Shown here: positions 20,713 to 30,671 of the stretch, piece after piece
How the letters are laid out: every line of letters begins with the position of its first letter
Position numbering within the stretch: the first letter of the stretch is position 1
Source of the DNA: Amoebophrya sp. A120
Lineage: Eukaryota > Protista > Dinoflagellata
Length of the DNA stretch: 47,490 nucleotides
Direction of reading: 5' to 3'
Assembly (NCBI GenBank): GCA_905178155.1
Contig: CAJINV010000042.1
Location: 21,485 to 68,974, forward strand
The notes under the pieces: model-generated
Seen by the model: the letters and a program-made list of their open reading frames with translations, nothing else
What the model was told of the DNA's origin: nothing
Databases searched by the model: none
Made by a program: the position numbers and the translations under genes

Positions 20713-21846
20713 ATGTTGCGGGTCGCGTCTCTCTGCGTAATCGGTGCGTCCGCACTGATGACCAGCCAAGAGATGGCAGACAAAAACTTGCACGGGTCTG
20801 ATGCGTATATCGCCTTGTTCAAAGAGCAGTCTCCAGAAATGGAGCAGGCGTTTTTGCAGGTCTATGACAAAATGGCCAAGGAGTTTGATGTGAAGTCTTA
20901 CAAAACGCACCTGAACATGTTGGACACCGCTGTCTCCTTTTTGCAGGACTACAAAACCGGCTCGTCTACCCCGCACTGCGACTATGGGATTGCCCCAGCT
21001 GCGGTAGCTGTCAAGGGAGTTTCAGCTTTTCCGGGAGGGGTAGTGTCGCGTCTCTTCGGATTTGACGTCAGCAAGATGGTCGCGGAGTTAGCAAGCAAAT
21101 CTGGAGCCGCGGGAGCTGCAGGCGGTATGCCTCAGATGCTCGCCATGAATGGTCTTGCCACCGGTGCTGGCCTGATTCAGGCTGCAATGTCCACCGTGCT
21201 GCAGATAGTTCCCCCAATGGTGCCGCCCCCCGTGTGGATGAACCAACCGCTTCCCTGCATGCCAATGGTTACTGGCCACAACTGTGTCGGCTCCGTGTTG
21301 TACCCCATCACTGCTGCAGACTTTGTCACTGCTGACGTGACTGATGCCCAGTTGGATGGCACCATTGCTTCGTTTCCGGCATTGTACAAGGACCGTGTTG
21401 GCAAAACGGGTGGCGTGGCGTATTCTCTGTGCTTCAAGACCTACATGTCTATGCAATGCGGCGCCATTTTTCCGCGTTGCTCCACTCCAATGGCCCGCAA
21501 CGAGCCAACCCCGGTCGGTCGCCTGCCACTCTGCTTCACGAGCTGCATCGCCACTTTGGTCGCGTGCCCAGGTTTTTGGATCACAGACATTGCTGACACC
21601 TGCAGCACCGTCTCTGCCCCGCCAATGTGCACCATGGCTCTGTATTTGCGGAGTGACAACCTGCCGCCGCAGTACAGCAGCTTTGAAGAATCGACTTCCG
21701 TCCCCGCAGAGTGCCCGGTCGCGCCGGCCTCCCTCGCGGCTTTGGAAAATACGGCATCTGGATTTGACATTTACAGCACGGGCTCGGACTCCATTGTCAA
21801 CTCACCGTACTTTGGATCTGGCTCCGCCAAGGTGCCTAGTGCATAA
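20713..21846 (+). CDS. Cassette gene 8B, 377 aa
   Basis: Paralog of 8A with the cysteine pattern conserved. Confidence 0.92.
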   Translation: MLRVASLCVIGASALMTSQEMADKNLHGSDAYIALFKEQSPEMEQAFLQVYDKMAKEFDVKSYKTHLNMLDTAVSFLQDYKTGSSTPHCDYGIAPAAVAVKGVSAFPGGVVSRLFGFDVSKMVAELASKSGAAGAAGGMPQMLAMNGLATGAGLIQAAMSTVLQIVPPMVPPPVWMNQPLPCMPMVTGHNCVGSVLYPITAADFVTADVTDAQLDGTIASFPALYKDRVGKTGGVAYSLCFKTYMSMQCGAIFPRCSTPMARNEPTPVGRLPLCFTSCIATLVACPGFWITDIADTCSTVSAPPMCTMALYLRSDNLPPQYSSFEESTSVPAECPVAPASLAALENTASGFDIYSTGSDSIVNSPYFGSGSAKVPSA

Positions 21847-22153
21847 GAACTCACAATCCCGTGACAGCATCCCGGGTGGCATTTCAAGAGAATAGCAGCG
21901 GATTTCTCGCATTCAAGTGAATATTTCCCTCAAAAACTTCGCTTTTACTGAGCCTTGCAGGCCTTTTCTGCTCTCTGTTCTGCTCTGAGTCGCTTCTTCC
22001 TCGCTAACGGACTGGACAAAAAGCAAGTGACAAGCAGGAGAGATCGCTCGTCGCCTAATCAAAACGCATATTTTGCTTGGAGTCATGTTGCTCTCGTTAT
22101 TGTGACTGAAGTGAATCTTCAGGATTTTTTTGCAAACGGGAAAGTTACAACAA

Positions 22154-22438
22154 ATGATGCGCGTTGCGGCGTTGTTCTTTGCCCTGATCGGGTGCGCCTT
22201 CGGATACAAGGACATTCTTACCCACGGCTCTGCTGGACCTGTTGAAGTGATCAACGTTGCGTTGGAAAGCGCCATTCCAGATGCAATCGCGGCGCGGCGC
22301 TCTGCTGAGATGCGCCGATCTGAGGCAGCATCCTTGGCACTCTTAGCTCGGCGCCGGGCTCAGGCCAACAGCGCACTGCAGTCCATGATCAGCATGGAAA
22401 AAATAAATGAGGCAACCGCGCATGATCTTTTGGGCTAG
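22154..22438 (+). CDS. Cassette gene 9B, 94 aa
   Basis: Paralog of 9A. Confidence 0.9.
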   Translation: MMRVAALFFALIGCAFGYKDILTHGSAGPVEVINVALESAIPDAIAARRSAEMRRSEAASLALLARRRAQANSALQSMISMEKINEATAHDLLG

Positions 22439-22739
22439 GGGATTGAGAATGACCTGACTCGGACTGTACTTCTTCAGAATTTGATTTCCTCCATTGAAAA
22501 GCAAAAATTGAAAAAGCTTTGGCTCCGCCCGGCTTTGGATCGCGTCGGCGTTTCGTGTCTGTGTTTCGTGTCTGAGCGTGGTGAGAGATCTTCCACCCTG
22601 CGCATTGGCACATGATTTCGGAGATTCTCGCAAAAGGCAACGTGGATTTCCCGTACAATCAACCCGTCTGTCCTTCTGCCTCACGCAGGATTCTGTTTTT
22701 TTGTGTATCAGTATATACTTGTCTTTCCCAAAATCAAGT

Positions 22740-23396
22740 ATGGCAAAGCTGCTATCGACGCTCAGTGCCTGTGCCGTGCTGGTCCGCGCTGGCAAGCCGG
22801 TGGTGGAATTGAGTTTAGCATCCCCTTCCGCCCCTTATTCAGCGGTGTCAAGTGCTATTGCTGCCGCAGAGTCGAGCCGCCTCGCAACTGAACACGCAGC
22901 CCTGGCTGAAATCGACGCCGCGTACAAGTCGACCCTGGCCCAAGCCTCGGTAACGCTCGGGAACACCATTTCCAAAGCCATGGGCCGTGCGTCTTTTGCG
23001 AACATTGCGGAGCCGGTCATTTCCGTTCGTATTGAAGGCGCCACCTCAGATGAGTCCGCGGGTGTTGCCGGGGTCAAAGCGTTAGAGGGCAAACGCTCTG
23101 CGGCAATGGGTGCTCTGGTCTCGTCAGCCAAGCAGGAATTTTCAGAGGTTGCCAAAGTTGTGATCGCGGAGTTTGACAAGCAATTACGCGGACGCAAAAG
23201 TTTTTTGCGCTTTTCCCGCGAAATCAACGTGCGCGTCGGCGCAGACCCATCGTACAAGACTGTGTCGGCCTTGTTGGGTGACATGGAGGCTCGTCGCGAC
23301 TCGGGTGAAACAAGGCTCAGAACCACGATCCTTGCAAAGGAAATGCAGCTGGTGAAGGCTTTGAATGCCATCGGTGCCGCAGCGCTCTCGCACTAG
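22740..23396 (+). CDS. Cassette gene 10B, 218 aa
   Basis: Paralog of 10A with the same length. Confidence 0.9.
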   Translation: MAKLLSTLSACAVLVRAGKPVVELSLASPSAPYSAVSSAIAAAESSRLATEHAALAEIDAAYKSTLAQASVTLGNTISKAMGRASFANIAEPVISVRIEGATSDESAGVAGVKALEGKRSAAMGALVSSAKQEFSEVAKVVIAEFDKQLRGRKSFLRFSREINVRVGADPSYKTVSALLGDMEARRDSGETRLRTTILAKEMQLVKALNAIGAAALSH

Positions 23397-23670
23397 GATA
23401 TCAACCTGTTGAGAATGTGCTAGTGTTTGTTAAATGTTGTTGAGTCGCATCTGCTAAAGTCCAGAGTGTTTCTGATCCAGCCAGGAATGAGTTCCGGGAC
23501 CACTTCGTGTTCTGTTCACTACTGAGAGACCAAGATTCGTTCAAACAAACCTGCAACTAGAGCAATCGACTGTAGCTTACAAAATCTTGCACACGTGCAT
23601 TTTATGCATTTTACAGACACAAACATCTTCCTCTCAGTAGATTTTTTTTCTGCTCTCACAGTTCAGGAAA

Positions 23671-24291
23671 ATGTATGGGAAAATTCTCACAGCGTGCTTG
23701 ATTGGCAGCGTTGCTGCTGACAGTGAGCCGCTTATCCAGGTAGCCTTAGCGCCTCCGGTGGATGCCGGGAGCGGCTTCGCGTCCTACGGAAAGGCAGAGT
23801 CTGCTATGGAAGCATCCGGGATGAATGGAATCCAGAAAGCCATGACTGCAGCGCTGGCATCTGCTAAAGCGGAGATTGACGCTGTTGTGCATCATTCCTC
23901 GTTTCTCCAAGGCGCGCCAGTTTTCATTCGCGTGATGAACGCCCCGGAATCAGGAGCGTCTGCTGGCCGTGTTGCTGCTTTTGAAAATGTTCGCGCAAAT
24001 TTGGAATCGAAGACCATTGCACAGGCCACTGCAGAGTTTGGCGCCTTGGCCAAAATCGTGATCGGGGAGTTGAAGAGTGCGCTCCATGCCAGCTTCCTCC
24101 AAAAAGGGTCCGGCTCCATCGGCGTCAAAGTCAAGGCGTCTGACATTCCGTGGGCATCAACCGTGGATCTTCTGCAGGCCACTGAGTCCTCCCGCGACTC
24201 TTCAGAGGTGGCCTTGCAAGGCAAGATCATGGACATGCAGATCCAATTTGTCAAGGCGCTAAATGGTATGATCGCCTCGGCCTTGGGTTAA
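23671..24291 (+). CDS. Cassette gene 11B, 206 aa
   Basis: Paralog of 11A with the same length. Confidence 0.9.
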   Translation: MYGKILTACLIGSVAADSEPLIQVALAPPVDAGSGFASYGKAESAMEASGMNGIQKAMTAALASAKAEIDAVVHHSSFLQGAPVFIRVMNAPESGASAGRVAAFENVRANLESKTIAQATAEFGALAKIVIGELKSALHASFLQKGSGSIGVKVKASDIPWASTVDLLQATESSRDSSEVALQGKIMDMQIQFVKALNGMIASALG

Positions 24292-24581
24292 AATATTCAA
24301 ATGGGCCTTGTTTTGACTCGAAGATTCTCGCCATATAGAAAGTAATGCGAAGCCCCGTTATCTAGTGCGTCTACAGGCTGATGACTCTGTCTGTTCGTTC
24401 TCGACTGTGGTGCTGAGAGACGTGCCAGCAGCTATCTTCTGCTCGGAGTGACGTCGTGGCGGTTTCAACGTTTTCAAGAACCACCAGAAAAATACGCAGG
24501 CTGCCACTAAAGTAGGATGTGTTTCCACCCAAGCCACTACAGTTCCAGTTAGTTTTTTCTCCCAGCTTTTTCAAAAACAAA

Positions 24582-24917
24582 ATGTTTCGCCTTGCCGTCG
24601 TGCTGAGCGCCCTGATCGGAGTTTTTGTCTCGGCTCAGCGTGAGAGCGATCTTTCTGACATTTCCGCAGCCGCCAAGGCCTACAGGTCCGCAGGACTAGC
24701 ATATGAGGCGGCCGCGTCCTCTACTGGGGCCGCTTCCGCTGCGGCAGCAGGAGGATCCGTAGTAGACTACACGACCGGTCAATCAAGCTCCTTCTTGCAA
24801 GCCCGCAAAGGAGCCCTCTTGCGTGGTTTGGTCTCGCGTATCATGGGAGCGTCGGGGGGCTACCTGCCAGAGCGCAAAACGCAGTCGCCAATCGTGCAGC
24901 TGCACCTGCACGCCTGA
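24582..24917 (+). CDS. Cassette gene 12B, 111 aa
   Basis: Paralog of 12A with a 2-codon insertion right after SFL (SFLQARKG). Confidence 0.9.
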   Translation: MFRLAVVLSALIGVFVSAQRESDLSDISAAAKAYRSAGLAYEAAASSTGAASAAAAGGSVVDYTTGQSSSFLQARKGALLRGLVSRIMGASGGYLPERKTQSPIVQLHLHA

Positions 24918-25334
24918 GGAACCAATGCCGGGTCGTAAAGTCTTTGTTCTCGCCCTTTGAGATTGGAGTATTGCAAAGAACGCTGATAAAGAATTGCGAG
25001 CCACAGTATGCAGGCATAAAAAGCCACTTCTTGTCAGTGCATATGAAAAACTCCTTCCTCCAGTTCTGTTCAGAAGTATTTCGTGGCAAATCTCGGTGTC
25101 GACTACATGTCCATTGCTGCACTGCATGCCTTCGCTTGTCGACGACATAGGGCTCGCGCTCGTGTATCTTGGAGGGATGGCAACTAAGTAGACATCAGAA
25201 CACATAGCACAAAGCCAATGGCGACTGCAATCAAACTTGGTATTTTACACACATATGGCCTATTGCGCAATTATACTTCACTCATATCCACTCACTTAGT
25301 TGGTTTTTTTTTTTTTTGATTGCGCCAAAAAAAT

Positions 25335-25802
25335 ATGTTGGGTCTTGCTGTTCTCTCGGCGGTGGCCGCTATCGCGTCGGCTGATCCAATTTTCCCGGGT
25401 TCTGCTGCAGCTGCAGCCAGTAGTCTAGCTAGCATTATGTCGGCCGGCAGCTCCAGTTCGGCATACAAGCAGTCCATCGGAAACGCGTCGGTCAATGAAG
25501 CTGCTGCCATCGCGGCCGGCACGGCCGCCCTGACAGAAGAGGTTTCGTCAGCTCTAGCGTTGGAAAGCCTGAAGAAGGACGCGTATGTTGCTGCGCACGT
25601 GGCGGTGCGTAAACAGCTTTACGCTGGTGGCTGTCCCATGGATATGTCTGGATGCCCCATCGGCTTCACTTTGTCTGATGGAACCTGCTACCCGACGGCA
25701 TCCTATACAGGGTACTGCGGCCCGCGGTCGTTTTCTGGTATGACCAACGCACAGAAAACAGACTTTGCTTGGAAGTGTGGAGCCACCTTTCCGTGTGCGT
25801 AA
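25335..25802 (+). CDS. Cassette gene 13B: CPW-WPC domain protein, 155 aa
   Basis: Paralog of 13A with the same length. Confidence 0.92.
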   Translation: MLGLAVLSAVAAIASADPIFPGSAAAAASSLASIMSAGSSSSAYKQSIGNASVNEAAAIAAGTAALTEEVSSALALESLKKDAYVAAHVAVRKQLYAGGCPMDMSGCPIGFTLSDGTCYPTASYTGYCGPRSFSGMTNAQKTDFAWKCGATFPCA

Positions 25803-26161
25803 GCTTCAAGATGCCCTAGCTTTTGATCCCTCAAACGCTTTTTGTTTTTGATAAAAAACGCGTGGCTCTTCTGGTTTGACCACAATGCGCGGAAATCGCC
25901 TACGGGTGCTAACGTTTTCTCAACTCAGCTGTTCTGCAATCGTTGCCATAAAGCATTTGGTCAGTGAAAACGCAAATTGCCGTGATTGAAATGAAAATCC
26001 TATGACAGTGCTGCGTGCCATCTGAAAGTTACCGGAAAAGACATCGGCCTTTGCCATAAAAGCTGTGCGGATCACTCAAAAAATGCTAGAACAATCTCCA
26101 GTTGTAGTTTTTTTTTTGAGTTTAATTAAAGTGCTCTTCTGCCAAGTCGACGCACATCACA

Positions 26162-26971
26162 ATGGCTCACAGACTCGCTACCTTGCCGCACCTCGTACTC
26201 CCGGGGATCACAGCCGTTGCAGCTGTGCGTTTTCCAGCCATCCGACTCGCAACTACGCCAATCACAGCAGCGCCAACGCAGCAAAGCGGATTGTTCTCTA
26301 AATTGGTTCCATCACGGACGTTCCCTACATTCCCTGCTGAACTTCGGGCAGCGCATACGGATGCTGACACCGTACATTCTAGCAGAAGCATCCTGGTGAA
26401 ACAAAGCTACAGCCAGGGCACAAGTCCGCGCTCGACATGGCATGAAACCAGTTTTTTGCGGAGAGCCTCTTCTGCGGACGGACTATTTTCATCCCTCTCG
26501 GCTATTCCAACCGGGCCAGAGCCACAGAATAGCGAAGTGTCCGGGTTTCGGGAAATGATGATCGGGATATCGCACACACCAAGGCCACACTTAGCTACGC
26601 CGAGCGGTTTGATAAGGAGCTGTCCCAAGGACTACAGAAGCTGTCCAATAGGCTTCTCAGTGGCGCAAAACGGAACCTGCATGGCCAGCACCTACAGAGG
26701 AAGCTGCAGCAAAGGACCCTATTCGTTTCAAGCAATGAACCTCGAAGCAAAAATGCGTGCAGAGGAACAGTGTGGATTTTCCTGGCCATGTGCTTCGGGC
26801 GTCCGTTCCTACTCGGCTACATGCCCCGTCGGATTTGCTCCAGCGGGAATACATAAGTGCAAACCCTCTCCATCTTATGCTGGACCGTGTACCGACGTGC
26901 AAAATTTCACTGGCTTCAACGCCAAGATGCTCGCACTGTGGGAGCATCGTTGCGGAGCGTACTGGATGTAG
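26162..26971 (+). CDS. Divergent gene-1 homolog with two CPW-WPC domains, 269 aa
   Basis: TSFLRR...FREMMIGISHTPRPH matches gene 1 SSFLRK...FREMMLGMEHAPRPH. It is followed by CPKDYRSCPIGF...QCGFSWPC and RSYSATCPVGF...YAGPC...WEHRCGAYW. Confidence 0.85.
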   Translation: MAHRLATLPHLVLPGITAVAAVRFPAIRLATTPITAAPTQQSGLFSKLVPSRTFPTFPAELRAAHTDADTVHSSRSILVKQSYSQGTSPRSTWHETSFLRRASSADGLFSSLSAIPTGPEPQNSEVSGFREMMIGISHTPRPHLATPSGLIRSCPKDYRSCPIGFSVAQNGTCMASTYRGSCSKGPYSFQAMNLEAKMRAEEQCGFSWPCASGVRSYSATCPVGFAPAGIHKCKPSPSYAGPCTDVQNFTGFNAKMLALWEHRCGAYWM

Positions 26972-27359
26972 GCGTACTTCATGTAGCAAGTTGAGATGCC
27001 TCTCCAAAGGCAACATTGCAAGAAACAGCTAAATGTGAAACAAGCTTGGTGAAAATGACCACGGTTGGCGGCGCGATCCATTGAATAGAGTGCAATAAAT
27101 CTGCGTCACTGCACGTGCGACATCGCAGCTGCATACTCTCAGCCGCGCTGCTACAGAGTCTTTCAACCATATTTCGGAACATCAGCTCTCGACAGAATTT
27201 GAGAGGAGCGAGCACTCGCACCAAATTTTGCTGCCAAAAATCGTTGTGATTTGTGATTCCGCCAAATTGCTTCAGCACTAAAACCCGCAATTGCTGCACT
27301 AGGTTCGGAATTAACAGTTTTTTTTTTTTCAACTGGTGCAATCCATACATTGGAACAAA

Positions 27360-28007
27360 ATGCGGCGCGGCGCGGCGATGGTGGTCCTGGGCACAATAAC
27401 ATCGCGTATCGTTACTGCCGACCCTATTTTTCCTGGCAGTGCTGCCGGAGCTAGCCAAACGCTCAGCCAGATCCTAAGCGCCACAACATCTTCTTCCGCG
27501 TACAAGCAATCTGTCGGAGACGCCTCTGCCAATGAAGCATCGGCAATAGCAGCCGGAACGGCATCCCTCGCCGAGCAGGTCTCCAGCGAAATGGCTCTGA
27601 GTGCGCTAACAAAAGACAGCTTTATCGCGGTACACATTGCGCTGAGAAAGCAACTCTTTGCAGGAGGCTGTCCAATGAATTTCAGCGGTTGCCCTGTTGG
27701 TTTTGATTCAGCCGGTGCAGTGTGCGTTCCTGGATCTAGCTACTCAGGCTTCTGTGGCGAGCGCAACTTTTCGACCATGGACCTAGCCAACAAAGTCGAC
27801 TGGGCGTGGAGATGCGGTGCTGCATGGCCGTGCAGTAGCAAATCTACCGAATTTGCAGCTCCGTGCCCTCAGGAGTGGTCGCAGACTGTAGCGGGCTGTT
27901 CTGCGCCACCCACGTATGCCGGCATTTGTTCACCAACGACAGACTTCACAGATATGACCGACGAGGATAAAGCGCGCTGGGCAGCGGATTGTGATGCGAC
28001 GTGGTGA
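27360..28007 (+). CDS. Divergent gene-13 homolog with two CPW-WPC domains, 215 aa
   Basis: ADPIFPGSAA...AYKQSVG..SANEA.AIAAGTA is shared with gene 13. WRCGAAWPC is followed by a second repeat CPQEW...CSAPPTYAGIC...KARWAADCDATW. Confidence 0.88.
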   Translation: MRRGAAMVVLGTITSRIVTADPIFPGSAAGASQTLSQILSATTSSSAYKQSVGDASANEASAIAAGTASLAEQVSSEMALSALTKDSFIAVHIALRKQLFAGGCPMNFSGCPVGFDSAGAVCVPGSSYSGFCGERNFSTMDLANKVDWAWRCGAAWPCSSKSTEFAAPCPQEWSQTVAGCSAPPTYAGICSPTTDFTDMTDEDKARWAADCDATW

Positions 28008-28567
28008 AAAGACTGTCAGAAGATCATACTATCAGAAGATCATACTTTTAAAGTTTTCATATTACAACGACGCACGTCAGACAGGCGACGAGCAGTACAG
28101 TCGCATGAACGCTTTTCTAGAGCAATTACAGTCCAGACACAGACCCAGAGTAATGCACATGGCGTTCGCTTCGCATAGTGAACTCGTAACGCGCGTGCGA
28201 TGTGTTCAACTTCAACATCTTGCTCGTCGGGTTCGATTCAAATATCAGCAAAAAACAAACGCTTTCCTGAGTGAGTATGCAGATGCATTTGCGACAGAGC
28301 GCAATAATATCACCAGCAGCCAAGCTTTCGGTTCACATGCTTGGCTCTCGGTTCACATACTTGGCTCGTACTTGATCCGCGAGCGATTCGCATCGATTTC
28401 TCTGCGGGTAGCAAAAAACACCGCGAACTCGTGCTCTTCGCAATCCATCGGCACCAAAAACAGCAAACTGACTTCGTTCCAAAAGCCATTGCGAAATCGC
28501 AAGAAGCTGAATTTTTTCAAATAGTCTAAATAAATTCACCCCGGAGAGACTACATCAGTCCACACTC

Positions 28568-29698
28568 ATGGCGGGTGACTCATTTTCTACCGACTCTGAC
28601 CTGGATCTTTCTAGCGACCTTGATCGCTCTACCAGTACCGACCGGCTGCTCCGCCGTGTCGGTGGAGTAACTCCATCCTGTTCCTCCGCGCCGCCGTCGC
28701 CGGCGAGTTCGTGCTCTGCAGATATCGTCGATCACATCTACGACACCCTTGCGGATCTAGACGAAAAAGAAGAGCGGAGGGAAGAGATTCGCAAGCGCAA
28801 AAGGCTGGCCGCTGCCCGTAGGCGCTGCGTTATAGGACCCGTCAGCGATCTGAAGAAAACCGACAAACGGGGGCGTCGCACGGTGGACTTTTACAAGGTC
28901 CTGCAGCAGGTCCGCGAGAAGTTTGGTGCAATCAAGGAGCCGGAGGAGTGGGCCGCGGTGGAGGCCCTCGCCTCCCGCGCCACGGACGCCTTGAAACGTG
29001 ACCCGCGCATCAGCTATCTCGTCATTGATTTTCGAGAACACCACGTGCGACCCGCTTCTCCCGCAGAAGCAGCAAGCGGCGTCGCCGCGGAAAACGACCA
29101 GGAGGAACCCGGTGACTCCGGCCCGACGTGGGAAACGTTCGCAACCAAGAAGGCCGACATAGTCGGCATGGATGCCTGTAAGACGGTCCGTCTCGACGTC
29201 GACCGCACAGTAATCGCGGGCAAGGACGAGGTGAGAAAAGGCGCATGGCTATCATTTGCAAGAGCGTCTTCTCTCTAGCGTCAAGATGAGCAGTCTGCGC
29301 TGCAAATCCACAAATTTTGGAAGTCATACGTGACAGATTCCGCTTTGGATGGTAGTGCAGTGAAGCCGTCGCTGTGGCAGCCGGATTACAAATCTATGTC
29401 CATATTCTGTTCACAGCTTGCAAACGCAATATGCATGACAACTCTGGGGTGGGGACGTTCTTGCTCAGGATAGTGGAAAGCCATGGTGGAGGTGGTCCGC
29501 AATGCGCTGATTCCCGGGTACGCGGCCGGCGTGCGTAACAGGAGCATCAAGCTGCACAATGAGGTGTCGGACCTCGCGGGAAAAGTCTGCAGGTACCTGA
29601 AGAAGAACCCGGACGTCGATCGCGTCCGCGCGGAGCTGTTCTTTGTGGACACAGCGGACGATGTGCCGGAGGAGGACATCGAAATGTGGTGGTGTTGA
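28568..29698 (+). CDS. Hypothetical protein with ~45-aa repeats, predicted 2 exons (28568-29230, 29474-29698)
   Basis: GC-rich coding-like ORFs joined in phase 0 by a GT(29231)...AG(29473) intron. Shares TFATKKA and LA....L..(D/N)P....V motifs with the 30672-32770 gene. Confidence 0.65.
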
Positions 29699-30671
29699 GC
29701 GGGGGGAACTTGAATTGATCGTATACACTGTGCGCCGTGCTTCGCTCGTTTATTGTTCGTTTGGAATAGCGATTGCTCCCAATTGATAAGGAACGCACCT
29801 AATTTACTGAGAACTCTTTCTCTGATGACCCTCTCCGCAGAACTTCTGCAAATGTTATGTGAAGCAAACTGCTTTTGATTTTGTTTACGCCTGCGAGTAA
29901 CAGCTTCTCTCACAGACAGCGGACAAAAGTCTGACCAGTGTGGCGACTTTGAATACCCAGGAAAGGCTTCTTTCCTGCTTGTTGTACTGTCGCAGCCAGC
30001 AGCTATGGCAATCTTAGCGAACCCATTCATTATCTGGGTGGCAACTAGAACTCGAATTAAAAACCTTGCGTGAACTATTAGCTGCAAGTACAGGAGTCTC
30101 CGTGACAACTTGAATTAGCAGTCCCGCCAGAGGGAGCCAGAGTCTGTATATCTCCTGTTCGAAGTGAAAGAGGAATTGACCTTCAATATCGATCAAGAGA
30201 TATCATGACAGCCCGACCCGATTTACCACTACGTATTTGCACAATAGCGTTGGCACTGCGCTAGTTGAAATCGAGGGAGACAAAACCATCGATCGCTTTC
30301 CTGAGTGAGTTTGCAGCTGTGCTCTTTGCGACAAAATGCAATAACAGCACCGGCAGGCACGCGCTTGATCGCTAGCTTTCGGTGCATCTACTTGGGTCGT
30401 GTGTGAGCTACGAGAGATTCGTCTCCAGACAATTTCAGTGAGGGCAGAGGTTTTGTCTGCATACATGTGCACTTATTCGTGGCTGCATTATACATGTGCA
30501 TTTATAATTGCATGTCCTTTTCCTGGTCTCCAAACTAGCCCTTGGCATGCGCTTAGCGCCTACAATGCAGATGCACGTCGCTTTGTTCTTCTTATACAAC
30601 GCAGTTCGCTTCGTGGATAGACCGTGTAGTAAAGGGTGCGTGAGTGCGACACTAACAAGAAAGACAAAAAA

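Noticed and set aside
4080-22740. Longer upstream starts given by the ORF track (e.g. 4080, 5865, 9734, 14285, 18575, 20524, 22578)
   Set aside because: Paralog similarity begins only at the downstream ATG, which has an A-rich context and is directly followed by a signal peptide.
1987-25522. Many long - strand and alternate-frame ORFs over the cassette (e.g. 2442-3122, 3301-3876, 9895-10542, 12262-13449, 8313-9047)
   Set aside because: They are shadows of GC-rich, Ala-rich + strand genes. Between copies the substitutions are synonymous in the + frame, and the shadow ORF ends are not conserved.
1113-25802. Duplication as an assembly artefact or collapsed haplotypes
   Set aside because: Intergenic regions are unalignable, intron content differs and synonymous divergence is high, far beyond allelic or mis-assembly duplicates.
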